DNA of 64,000 nt from assembly GCF_009914755.1 (NCBI RefSeq), contig NC_060931.1. One strand, written 5' to 3'. A program made the translations under genes and the position numbers. This document shows, piece by piece, positions 1 to 13,549 of this stretch (within the stretch, counting starts at the first letter, position 1; the number at the start of each line of letters is the position of its first letter). This stretch comes from the human T2T-CHM13v2.0 reference genome, Homo sapiens. The notes under the pieces are model-generated. The model did no database searches. It saw only the letters and a program-made list of their open reading frames with translations, and was not told the origin of the DNA.

Positions 1-367
<367 letters not shown>

Positions 368-1579
368 TCACTGGGGAGACTCAGGCACTGCCAGGGTGTT
401 GCCAGAACAGTAAGAAAACACACATTTGAGACATAAACAAAAACTCTGGCTAGAAAAGTTTGTCATTTGTTTTGGGTTGAACCTCAGAAGACTTTTCATG
501 AAAGCCTCTCCTTTCTTTTATGGGTGGTATCTTCACACACAGTGTCAGAGTGGATATGACAGCATTTCTTCTTGACCTTCTAGTCAGATGTATCTATGCT
601 GTGTGACAGCATAACATGGCTGTTCTACCTGTGACATAAAAATTCCACCATTCAGAAGAGTCATTGGCCAGTGTGGCTCCTGGAAGTCTTGGGCCAGCAT
701 GTCTGGAGGTATATGCATACTTTCAGATAATTTCTTCAGCATTTTAGATAGTCAGCTTAGCAAACCAAGAAGGGTCTAAGTTCTCTACATTCTGGAGTAA
801 AGAGAATTTCCTTGATGAACCAGCAGTACTGGCCTGCTGATGTATGCACAAGAAGAACTCTTGCCCATGGCCTGGTAGCCTCCACCACCGCCTGAAATGT
901 TGAAGCTTTTGAGCAAACCCAGAACGGAGGCCTGAGGGATAGCAATTAGAAGGGTTTCACAACAACTCAACCCCAAACCCCAAGAAATGTTAATCAAACA
1001 GTGTCCATGCCTCAGGAATGGTTGTAAAATAATGAGGGAGCAAATGTTTTCATTATATCAGTGTTGCCTTTGAAGGGGATATATTCAGAAACTAAATATT
1101 GATTGCTTTAGTATTCTCATTATAGGAAATGATTTGGAAATTTTCCTTTGGCATTGGGGGAATAATTACATGGTGGAATTTCTGGCTGTAAATAATTGCA
1201 TTAAAAAACAATCATCTTTTTTTTTCCATTTGCACATTGTAGTAGTCATTAGATAAATGAAGGCATGATTTGGACCAACATGATTACCTTAGGAAAAGGG
1301 AAAAATATAAACCCTAGAATAGGATGTCAAGGGATAGTCATCTGTAGGTCAAACCAGGGGTACATAGGATGTTATCAGGACAAACTTTATACGGTTTAAA
1401 AATTCTAAGCTCCAACCAGCAAATGACTCAGATAATTTCACACATTATTCACTATAGTGAGATTAAGAGGTAACCAAGAATTTGGACCAACCCTTGGTGC
1501 TCCTTATTGGAGGACAGTCAGTCATATGTTCTGTGTAAGGATGTATACATTTGGGAATTATTAGTGCGTTAATGAGTGA

Positions 1580-1948
<369 letters not shown>

Positions 1949-3263
1949 TAAGTACAGTGTTCTGGGGAATGGTTTTGGGTTGCAGACCAATAATAGACTT
2001 GACCTTGGAACATGGTGTATGAAATCTCTTGTTGTGCAGGACAAAGGCTCAAAACCCAGGGTAGGCATCTTCTTGCTGTCCAGGAGCTGATCTCATCTTG
2101 AGTCAGCCCCATTCTAGGTCCCAAATTGGGAAATTCAAAGAAGTATTTCAGAGCGATGTCCTCCAGGCAATTCCATGCTTTTATAGGTCTGCACGTTTAC
2201 TGGAAAGCTGGCTACACTGCAGGGTTTTTCCAGGTGTTAGCTTAACTCTAAGATTGAGGAGGGCTTCCCAAATTCTGGCCTAAACCACAGTAGTACAAGG
2301 CAGAGCTGGTTCCCCTAAACGGAATCTCAAGTCACTTGGCTGCCTTTGGGTGTTTGAATGAGTCTGGTTATTCTACCTGAGGAAGAGTTTAGGTCTGCCT
2401 TATGGTCTAGCCCACATCAAATGTGCACATGGAAAATAAGGAAGCAAAATGAGAATTATTTGGATCTTGGCCAACTGTGAGACTTCACGTCTAGAGTCAG
2501 ATGACAGTAGAAACAGGGCTTGAGGATGGAGGGAGGAAGGACTCTTATTAAGACTCAGGACTCCATAACCTTTTCTAACTCTTTTTAACCCCCTTCCACG
2601 CAAAGCAACTGGTTACAAAGGAGACTTGGATTTGACTTCCGCACTGCAAGGTTGTGTTTCTGAGTTGATGAGTTTGGCCTGGGTGTACTTCCATTTACTA
2701 CACAATTCCATGGGTTCAAGAGCTATGGCTGCCTATAACTTTAACCACTGTGGGTGTGGGAGGAAACACAAGATGAACACAGCCCAAAAGGCCTTGTTTA
2801 AGTGATTTGCCTGTGCCTCTTAAAATTAGAAAACTCCTGTGGTCTGAAGCCACAGAGAGGTTATTTTTACTCTTTAATTACCACCAGTTTATTTCCCCTA
2901 GTTCTCATTAAATATGATTTTTTTATTTGATCTTTGGACATAAAAGATAAAGTTCTATAAAGGCGGCTCGAAGTGGGGTGGAAAAAAGACTGTCCCTGTC
3001 ATCACAAATCCCCGAACATGGCTGTATGTGCCAAACCATTTGGCTCCGAGTCATGGGTTTAGCTCCTTCAAGCCATTTTCCTGTTATAACTTGAATTCTC
3101 TGGGTTCCCTTCTTTCTCCTCTCTGTACCACCCCTAGACTGACCTCTTGTCTAGTGAAACTGAGGGATCTTAACGTGAGACTTTGCAGTGAGTTAAACAG
3201 CTAGATAGACAAACCTGGCTTTATTTGGAATCTAAAAACCCTCACTTGAAGGTCTGATGGAAA

Positions 3264-3506
3264 GCAGTAGAATATAGCAATTAAGAACTTTGTGGTGCCC
3301 CAGGATTCAAAATCCAGCCCAGCTATGCAACCTAAAACAATGACCTAAGCTCTCTAAACCTCACCTTACTTATCTGTGAAGTGGGGATAATAAAAGAACC
3401 TACCTTGAAGAGTCGCCATCCAGATTCAGTAAGATTATGAACATGAATGCATGTGCTTAACACAATGCCTGCACATAGTCAGCGCTCTATAATTGTTGCC
3501 ATCATT
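3264..3506 (+). mobile_element. MIR SINE
   Basis: Core-like CTCTCTAAACCTCACCTTACTTATCTGTGAAGTGGGGATAATA and 3' TGCTTAACACAATGCCTGCACATAGT. Confidence 0.75.
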
Positions 3507-4399
3507 TCTTCCGTGATTAATTCAGTAATGAAGAAGAGTAAGATCTCTTTTGGAAGCTCCTCTATCCTGTTTGCAAATTTGGATTGGACCCTTCTCTGCT
3601 TAAAATAGAATGGAAAGGCTGTGCTTCTCCCAGGGCCAAGCAGCCTACACCTTTGATTTTTATCCCATTTCAAAGGGATGTATTGAAAACAAAAATTGGA
3701 GAGAAGGTCTGAAGAGATTAGTTTCTTTTTTGAATTTCTATGCTTTTTGCCTTCGGTGATTTATTTAGTGTTATGATTTCTGGACTGCAACAGAAATATG
3801 ATGAGCGCTTCAACAGAAGTTACGAATGATGACTTGGGCACTTATGAATAAAGAGCATTGGATTCCTTAGGTGGCCAGGCAAATGCTCCCCTTCTGCCCT
3901 TAATGATTCTACAGCATCTACAATGGAGGATGCTTAGCTGTGTAAAGGGCTTGATGCCCTGAGTTGGGCAGCTCATGAGAATGTTCTTGGGATCCTTGTG
4001 CATGGAGATTTAGAGGCCAGGATGTGGTGGGAAGTAGGCTTGTGCTCTCCTGATCAGTGTCATTGTGTCATGGTAGAGTGCCCTTCCACAGTGGGCCACT
4101 TCTTCCTGGAAAGGGCAGAGGAGCTCAGGAAGGAGAGCTGGGCAATTCTGCCTGCCCTGCCCTCTGCTGGTGATCTCACAGTCCAACAGGAGGATGCACC
4201 TTCATGAACCTGAAAGGGAGAGTGGCCAGTGTTGGCCAGATCCTGTTTCTCCCCCTTATTTCCAAGTGCATGTGTGGCAGAAGAAGAAAATAAACCAGGT
4301 GCAATGTGGAAAGATATTCTCTTCTCAGTGGAGCTCCAGAAAGGACCTAACCTCAGGGTTTGTAGGAGACTTTATGGAGCAATGGACTGAGAATGAGCC

Positions 4400-4580
4400 G
4401 TGGGGAAGGGGACAGCAAGCTGGACTCCAGCCCAGCTCTGCCACTGTTAGCAGTGTGCCCTGGTGGCTAGCTGAGTTCAACATCCTTTATCGAAAGAACT
4501 GATACACAGTAACTACCTGGCAGGATTGCTCCTCTGAGGACTGAGGCCAGTGGAGGGTACAGCGCTGGCACACGGTAGTC
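4400..4580 (+). mobile_element. MIR fragment
   Basis: CCCAGCTCTGCCACTGTTAGCAGTGTG...CTGGCACACGGTAG resembles the MIR consensus. Confidence 0.55.
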
Positions 4581-5303
4581 CTGGCACAGAGCGTGCTGCT
4601 GTCCTGTATCTCTTACTTTCTATGGAGAAGCTTGCCCCTGGATTCACCGTTTACCTTTCTGATTGTCCACATTTTCTCCTGATGTCATCACGGAGGACTG
4701 ATTACATAAACTCCCCCTGATGCATCTGTGGAACAATCTCAAAATCAACTGTTTCTCTTTTGCGACACTTCCTCCAGGTAGTGTAAGTGACGATTGCATT
4801 GCAATCGTTTAAAAAACTATTGTTTTTTGTCTCATGAGAATGTCATGTGTTCATTGTACTTGTAAATAATGTTGAAAAAGTAAGGCAAAATCAGCAATCA
4901 TACATCCCACACATGTAAATTTTTGCTGGTACATTTGATATCATTGGTGGAATTTCTAAAATGAACCCAAAAGTATAGTCAGATCTGTGGCTGTGACACA
5001 TTTTTTGAGCCCTTACAAGACTCAAAAATTTATTTTATTTTCCCCCCATTCTCCAAAAAATATCTGTATTTTCCTTTAAGGACAAAGAATGAAGTAGCAT
5101 AACACACCCAAATAACTTTCTGAGCACCACTGTCTTGTAACAGAGGGAAGGGAGAATGCAAATAGAGTATTTTTTCTGAGAAAATATTACCCATTTTGGG
5201 TTTCCTTACTCTTACAACAAATCCCACAGGGCAAATTCTATGATAATTATGAGATAATGCTTCTTATAAGGTCAAAATAATAATGACAATGTCTCTGAAT
5301 TAG

Positions 5304-5720
<417 letters not shown>

Positions 5721-7361
5721 TAAGTACTTGAAAAACTACCACTTTGTAAATGAATGAGAAATTACTTCATAGTAATCAATATTTCTTTATTTTTTTCTGT
5801 TTTGGGAATTTTTTTTAAGCTTCACAAATCAATTTGACCCATTTTGGCTAATTTGGCATAAAAATTTGATATATAATTAAGTTCTTTTCAATCAGCATAG
5901 CTTGCTTTAATTAACTAACTGAATATGTTTGGGTGCAAAATAATTTAGTTACAAACTGCAGAAAAGTTTTAACCAAATGCATTGATAACACATCTCAAGT
6001 CTTAGCTTTGCTAATTGACTTCTCAAATTAGATAACCCTCTTTAATAATTGTTTGCATTATCCTTTATTAGTGCATTATAGAAATTCCTGGGAGCTGGAG
6101 AGGCAGTGTACTGTGTACCCACCTGGAAAAATTAACGTGAAGTTGTTTAGATTATATTTGGATTCAAATGTAGGCTACCTCGAAGAGAAAAAGTGTTGGG
6201 TGTGTTCTTGCCTTCTTTCTCCTTTTTCATCTCATATTCATCTCTCTTCTCCAGCCTCATATTGCTTCTCCCTTCATGTCCCAGATGCCAACCGAGCAAT
6301 CCAAGAGGAATAGGCAAACTCGCACCACAAAGGCTCTCTGGAGATCCTTAGCAGCCAGTATCAAACCTACCTTCCCGCTGTGGACTTAGGCCACAGGATA
6401 GGACAAGCCCTGGGCAGCCTGGGGCACAACGAGAGGCCAGGAGATGAGCTATGCCTTTGTGGGTCAAACTGGGGAAAGTTTTTTATTCCTTGTGCCTATG
6501 AAATACCAGCAATGGGCTTTTTCCCTAACTCGACTCACATCTTGGAAGAAATTGTTGCAAGTAAGTATAACTTGCCCACAAAGCAGAACTCTTAAGTTAG
6601 GGCAGGACTGCATTTCAGAGAAGTCAGAAAAATGAATGTGAAGTGCAGTGAAGCCCAGACATTTAGAGACCACAATCATCTCAAGACTGTTTTCCTCTCT
6701 GCACTCTCCTTGACGGGGTATCATTCACCAGAGCGAAAACCCTGTTCACTTGTTCAGTTTGGGAAAGTGTCTGGGGATTCCCAGTCTAGGAAATGTTCTT
6801 TTCCTTCCATGCAGTGGATTTTACAGCTGTAAGGAATTGAAGTCATGCCAGAGGATTCACAGATGTGTCCTTTCCTGTTGAGGTACTGGGAGGTAGGAGG
6901 TGGGAGGTCGTGCGGGAGAACACTGGAACTCTGACAGGACCTTCGTGTTGGATATACTGGGATCCTGGGACTGCCAGTGGCTTGCATCCAGGGGAAGATC
7001 ACAAACTTCCTGAATGACTGACTTTGTATGTTCTTACAAAGGAAACTGATCACTTATTATAAAGCAATAGAAAATATACAGGCAAGGGGTACAGACTTTA
7101 TGTGTTTGTGTATGAGAAAAATCATATAAAGCTAAATGCTATTCTATAATTAAAATCAAGTCAATTTCCCCTACTTCAAAGAACAACATGCTTGAAAACA
7201 TTTTTGTTTACATCTTGTAATGACTTGTCAAGAACTGCCATTAGAACTAGGGTCCTAAATCAAATGGGATGTTTTATTTTAAAGTGTGACATTGTATGCC
7301 TTTTATTTTTCCTTAGCCGACTCAACTGTTAGGTCACACTGAGTTCGTAATTAAGGTATGC

Positions 7362-7379
7362 TGACACCAGGTGGCAGTA
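7362..7379 (+). promoter_or_regulatory. CTCF core motif (forward)
   Basis: TGACACCAGGTGGCAGTA matches CCASYAGRKGGCRS at 13 of 14 positions. Confidence 0.5.
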
Positions 7380-7529
7380 GACACCGCAGTTGTAGCACTT
7401 ATCACATTTCAGTCCTTAAAAGTCTGTTTTTAATTCACCGTGTCTACAAACACAATGAACATCCCTGCCTCTGAGTTCATGTCATTCTCCTGCCTCCCTA
7501 AGATGCCTTCACTTTCTACATTGATTTAA

Positions 7530-7656
7530 CCCACTTATGCCTAGTGTTCCATTTTTGGAACTCTAAGCATGTAGGAGTTATTTATATCCTACTGCTCAAG
7601 GTCATCACCAAGGTCTGATTGAAAAAATTTTTTAAAAATGCAACCTCAGGCATGAA
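7530..7656 (+). mobile_element. MER85 piggyBac-family MITE (PGBD3-derived)
   Basis: TTAA target sites at 7526-7529 and 7657-7660. Left TIR CCCACTTATGCCT. Internal palindrome GTTCCATTTTTGGAAC at 7546-7561. Body GGAGTTATTTATATCCTACTGCTCAAGGTCATC. Right TIR AGGCATGAA lacks the terminal TGGG. Confidence 0.9.
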
Positions 7657-8822
7657 TTAAGCTGAAGACACAGCTCCAGTTTCATCCTAGACTTTGGAAA
7701 ATGCTCTTTAGTTTTTAGTTATTCCAATTGTGCTTATTATCATTTAACTCATGTTCTATGTTGCACTGCTTCTTATTTCTTCAGCATTGGATTTTAAGTT
7801 CTCTGGGGAATGGGGAGCCTCTTCTTTTTTGACCCTTTTGTATTTCACCCAGCACCACCCATAGAAGGGCTGCTTCTCCTAGCCTGCCTTTCACTGGCAT
7901 CCTCTCTGATCTCCTTGTGACTTTTGCTGTCCCCAATTCTGAGTTCATCTTAGGTCTTTATCCCCATGCACAATTAGACACTTACAGTCAAAGTGTGCAC
8001 ACTTCTCTGTCTTTTCATGTAATAAACTGGTCAGAGTGAGTAGAGTCTTTGGTCCACCTTTGATGCTCCAAATGCCGTGAGCACTTCTTATTGCACAAGT
8101 CTATTTGCAACTCCCAGTGGCAGGCAAGATGACCCTTCTGAATCTCTCCATCTACCTCTGCCTATTTATAATTCACAAGTCTCTTGGACCCCCTGGTTCC
8201 TCTTCTGTCCCTCAGGTAGTGTTTGGGCTTGTCGTCTTCTTATGAAATACTCGCATCCACAGATGTTTCTGCCCTGACTCTCTCAGTTTGCCTGAGGTCC
8301 TCAAACTAGCCTCTTCTTGTATGGTGTTACAACAACTGGACCTCCAATGGGGTGATTAGTCCTTTACCTTGGCGTCACTCAGCAATTTGCCTAATAGTCG
8401 CATCCCTTTTGCCCTGTCATTGGCTCTGAGCCTTCTGTCAGGCTGGACTCAAAGCTTTATGGTGATTTCCCTTCAATCTTTCATTCGTTCTTCTCCACCT
8501 CACCCACAAGTAGGCTTTTTCCTGTTTGATCCATCCAAGTCACCCAAAACAAGGATCTTAAAAAGCTTTCTAGCTACCTGAATTTTAGCTTCAAAATCTG
8601 GTCAGTCCAATTTTCTTGGAGCCCAAGTAAAAAGAAAGACACGAATTCATTCAGAAAGGTATGAAAATGTATGGAACATCATTTTATCCAAGTCTAAAAT
8701 CCTCTTATGTTTAATTTTTCATCTTGAAGAAAGACAAATACTGTTTCTTTAAAAAGAGAAAATATAGAAAACTATTCATATCTTAACAGATAGATTAATC
8801 TTTGTAGAGAGATTGAGTCAAC

Positions 8823-9467
8823 TGTATAGTTAGCCAACTTCAAAGTTAGAAAGGGCACAGTCCACACAGGACTACTCTCACTTCTGACACCACAAGTTTA
8901 GAGGTGATCCCAGAGGACTCTCAAGGTCAGGAATTTGCTAGAAGGAACTCAAGTGGTAATACTCATGGGCGTGATTTATATTATAGGAAAAGGATATAGA
9001 TCAAAATCAAAAGAGATACATAAGGCAGAATTGAGAGATGTCTAAACATAGAGCTTCTGCTGTCCTCACCTCGTGGCATCATGGGCTGGCATTAACTCCT
9101 CTTGTCCACAGTATCCACTGGGCATTGCCAACCAGCAATGCTCACCCAAGCCTTTGGTGTTCAGAGTTTTTATTGGAACCCGATCGCATGCCACCTGCAT
9201 GGATGATCTTATCTTCTAGCCCCTCTTGGAGGTGTAATGTGCTAATGCTTTTGGTCTTCAATTTCTCTAGATGTTGGAAATGTTATTGCATAACCCAAAG
9301 CCCCATACTAAATCCTATTGTTAGACTGTCTAGTGACCAAATGCCTCAGGCAAAAAACACACTCCTGTCAGGCAGGACATTCCAGGGGCTTAACGATTGT
9401 CTCTTTGTGGCCAAAGGCAGAGGGCAAGACCAGACTCTCTTTGGGCAAGGTTAATTCTTTACTGCAT
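8823..9467 (-). mobile_element. ERVL-class solo LTR (MER77/MER21 group)
   Basis: Reverse complement starts TGCAGTAAAAGAATTAACCTTGCCCAAAGAGAGTCTGG...AAGCCCCTGGAATGTCCTGCCTGACAGGAGTG, typical of the MER77/MER21C group; subfamily uncertain. Confidence 0.7.
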
Positions 9468-10019
9468 AACCTTCCTAGGTCAAGGTTAAATGCCATTTTG
9501 ATTTGATTTTATATATTTAGCTCTAAGTTTATTTTAAGCATAAACATCCTGGAATTTTATAGTGTTTCTCCTCAGAAAATTACATTCTGAGATGCAATTA
9601 GAAGGGACTTTTGAGCACAGATTTGAATAAGTGTCACTGTAGCAGGTAAAACACTAATTATTTTGTAGCATCTCTTTTGGCTGCTTAGGGGACTTCTTGA
9701 TTACTTCTTAGCAGGAGGCAGAATGGTGTAACTTAATTATATTTTCATTATTTATGGGTGTAAAGATCTTTGCATGCATGAGAATGAGGCTGACATGAGG
9801 AGTGTTTTCCTCATTTTACCGTGTAGCTAATTGAGGCACTGAGAGGGGAAGGGACTCATTCCAGGTCGCCTGCGCAGCTGAGCAGCTAGCCTGACAGGCA
9901 CACCTGGTCTGGGGGCTCCATCAGAGAACAGTCAGAGTGTACACACTTCTATCACTGTCCACTCGGGTTTTCAAATATCCTGTTCTGCCATGAGCTCTCA
10001 GAGGAGGAGTTTATCAGTT

Positions 10020-10705
10020 ATTTAATTCACTCCTTTTTACAGCTTTCAGCTGAACACCTGCTACATGCTAGGTTCTGTCATAGGGATGGCGATTTGGAAC
10101 TTAGCAAGAGAGACAAAGCTCTTCCTTCAGAAAATCATTGCCTAGTGTGGGCAGACAGCTATGCATGAGAAATAAGGCCATCCTGACTGCAAGAAGAGTA
10201 ATGGTGGGAATAGGGTAGTGTGATGGGGTGGGCCTGGGGGTGGCCGATTTTGAGGTAGGTGGGCAGGAAAAGACTGTGTGGGGAGCTCTCCCTTGAAGGG
10301 AACGTGCCCTCTGGGAAGAGCCAGTGAGGAGGCAGGCAGGGGAGCAGCAGGTCCCACACTGGACAGGGCAAGGCCTGTTTGAAGGCCGCCATGACTGCTG
10401 CTTTTAGAAAAGGACAAGTACAATGGTACGAATGAGTGTGGTACAGGTGTCAAGTTGGTTTTGCAGCCAGACTGCCTGGGTCAACTTCTGAGCTCCTTAA
10501 CTTGCAAGCCCTTGCTGTTAGGCAGGCGAGCTCACCCACTGAAGCCCCTGATTATTCCCCCATGTGTAAAAGGGGATGCGGAGAGGACCTACCCCATTGC
10601 TATGAGGGTTTGTGTGAGGGTTGCATCAGTCATTCCAGATAAGGCACGTATCCAGGCCTGGTACAGAGCAAATGCTCAGTCAAGGTCAATTTCATTATTA
10701 ATATA
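10020..10705. mobile_element. L2 fragment (antisense, ~10020-10400) followed by MIR (sense, ~10430-10705)
   Basis: AACACCTGCTACATGCTAGG...CTAGTGTGGGCAGACAG (L2 3' end); TGTAAAAGGGGATG...CCTGGTACAGAGCAAATGCTCA (MIR). Confidence 0.6.
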
Positions 10706-12749
10706 ATTTTATTATAGAAGCCTGTTCTGTGTGGTGTTTACCTACCTTCAGAACGTCCTATGCCATCTGGTGCCAGTACTTGAAGAGGTTTTCTTCTTTA
10801 TTTTACATGGTCATTGCTAGACTCATTCGGAATAACTTCTTCCCATTCTGTGCAGAAATTGATACTGTTTCCTAAAATGAAACAAAAATAAAAATAAACA
10901 CAAACACTTTGGAATGAGTTAAAATTTCCATAATGCACTTTTCATAAATTCTTTCAATGGATAAGATTGAACTGAAGGGGAAGGTGCAGAAAAGATAATT
11001 AATTCCATAAGATGAATATACAACTCTGAACTTGAGAAATAATCAACTCGCCCTCAGTGTGCTTTACAGGGTGGAGGCTGAGAAGGAGCTCAGGTGTCTT
11101 GTTTTGTTGTTTGTAGGGGTAGAATTCAGGCTGTAGGAAAAGAAGAAATACATGACAAATTTTAACTTTTTTCATGCTCATCTTCCTTGCCTTTGTAAAC
11201 AGTAATATGAGTATAATTTAATTTTATGTGATAATTCAAAGTTAATGTTGGCGTGTCAGTTGCAGTTAGGACCACCTTTCCTAGAAGACCCTTGAAAGGG
11301 GAAGGGACTTCTGAGATCTCCTTGGTATTTCTATCTTTAAGCTTATGTCTTTTCGTTTTAGCTTCCCTTTGCCCTATTGCCTTCTCCTCATTGGATGGAG
11401 AAAATAATGTTAGTTCATTTTGTATGCAAATGAAATATTGAAAGATTCTGAAAGAAGACTCAAAGTTCTCTCCTATGAGAAAAGTGAAAGAACTTGAGGA
11501 CATGAGCTGTATTTTTTCCCTTTTCCCAGGAGTTATCAGACAGCTCAGAGCCAAGTTTATGACCCATTTCTATCCAATATACAGAACTTCCAGGCATGAT
11601 TTTTTTTTAGTTAACCTCAAGCCTGGTTTTATTTTTATCTTTCCTGTTTCTTTCCTCTCATTCACATTGCATTTTATTTTATTCTGCATGTAGTTTTGTA
11701 AGCTGACTTAAATCCTTTCTGGAACAAGTTGGAGAGTAAGTGACAGTGGCCATTGGCAAAGGATCTAACGCTTCTGAATTTCCTTTTTTTTTTTCATTAT
11801 GAAATAGAGATAATATCTTCACCCAACAGGTTCTCATGAGGCTGGATGAGGTTTCCCTTGTAAATCCCAGATGGAATGACCAAGGTGTCTCTTTCTCCTC
11901 GTCACATCACCAGCAAGGCCTAGTGGCTCTTGTGCGAACAGGCCTGAGTGCTGTGGTATCAGGTCGCCCTTTGAAAAATCAGGATATCCACCTGGGTGCC
12001 AGAACTCCTTGCAAGCAAGAGGACCTGGGGTGGGTGTCCTCAGAGGTGGCCCTGTGTGGGCTGGTTTCCATCAGGCCACATACAGATTGGTTGGAGCTTT
12101 GATGCATTATGAGGCCAGCATCATGACTCAGTGAAACCACATGGGCAGGCACAGCATCTTGTGAAATCAGCTGGTGTTCTGGCAGCAGCAGGGGCCTCTC
12201 AGAGAAGGCACACTGGCCTCTGTGCTGTTTTGGGAGCAGTATCAGGGCTTTGGGCTTGGGCTCAGAGCTGTGCTGGGTTTGACGGCCATCCAGGACTCTG
12301 TCCGTTTCCCAATCAACTTGGCAAAAATTAAAATTGATGGGGGCATGTGCAAATACGAAATAGGAGTGGAGGCTTTTGCATTCCTGGACACTCCAACACA
12401 TTGTACTCTGTTTATTCGGAAATCTGAGACTCAGTCTCATTTTTCTTCTGACTTGGCAAGTAAAAGGAGCAGCAGGGTTGCTGCACTGTCCATGACACTT
12501 GCACACAGAGATGGAGCAGTTGTGTAGCCGAGACCAGATATTCAGAAGTGTACACATTAAAAAAAAAGACTTGGGGGTTGGCAGTTTTATTAAGGAAGAA
12601 AGTGCTGAGAAAATTATACTAGTGTATCCAAAGGCATCTTTTCTAGATTAATGGTCAATTATTCATGTCTAGGAGTCCAATGAAATCAATCAATAAATTA
12701 AAATAGGCACATCTTACCTATTACCAAAAAAGAGCATAGATTCTTTTAC

Positions 12750-13240
12750 AGTTGTGATTGATTGATTAAATAAGACACCAGGCACTGTTCAAGGTGCTGG
12801 AATTCTAAAGGAGTCCTCCAGGGAATGAGAAAGGAGTCCTCTAGCTCACAGAGCTTGCAGGGCATGTTAATGAATGAGCAAAACAAGTTAACAGGAATGT
12901 CGAGAGAGAGGGTTGTGTTTTCTGATAGAGGATATGCTGGATGCTATGAGAAACGTACTCTGCCTGGGGGCTGGCTTCCTGGAGGAGGTGACTTCTAGGC
13001 CAAAACCAAAAGCATATGTAGGGTTTAGCTGGACAAAAAGAGGAGCAGGAGGCTGGGGAAGAGAACAAAGGAAAATATTCCAGCCACTGAAGACTTCATG
13101 TTCACAGCCATGGAGGCTAGGGAGAGCCTGGCACAGGCAGCTGAGAGACTGTTCTGTGAGGTGGTGCCATAGACTTCAGGGTGTGTGGACAGGAAATTAG
13201 AAAGCAAAAGCAGAGGCCAAATTATTACAGTTTCATGCAC
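12750..13240 (-). mobile_element. L2 fragment
   Basis: CCAGGCACTGTTCAAGGTGCTGG...GGCTTCCTGGAGGAGGTGAC motifs. Confidence 0.6.
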
Positions 13241-13409
13241 CAGCATTCACCAGACATGGAGGGGGCACGCTGCAGTGTTTTCCACCATTAACTATGGGCA
13301 GGTTATACTGAGCAGGGGTTTAGTAAAGCTCAGGACTCTTCATTTGCTCATCATTCATTTATTTCTCAAGTAGTTTGTTATACCTATTACATAGCCTATG
13401 TGTTAGGTC

Positions 13410-13549
13410 CATAGTTCTCAAGCTTTAGCATGAAATGGAATCACCTACAGAGCTGATTCAGTGGGTCTAGGTGGGGCTTGAAAATTTGCATTTCTAACAA
13501 GTTCCCAGGTTGATGCTGGGGTTCAGGAACCACATCTTGAGAATCATTG
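13410..13549 (+). mobile_element. MER5A-like hAT-Charlie MITE
   Basis: GTTCTCAA...CTGATTCAGTGGGTCTAGGTGGGG...TTTGCATTTCTAACAAGTTCCCAGG...TTGAGAATCATTG. Confidence 0.8.

Noticed and set aside
1268-1491. 12-bp direct repeat ATTTGGACCAAC as a possible TSD
   Set aside because: No recognisable element or polyA between the copies; about one such nearby 12-mer pair is expected by chance in a window this size.
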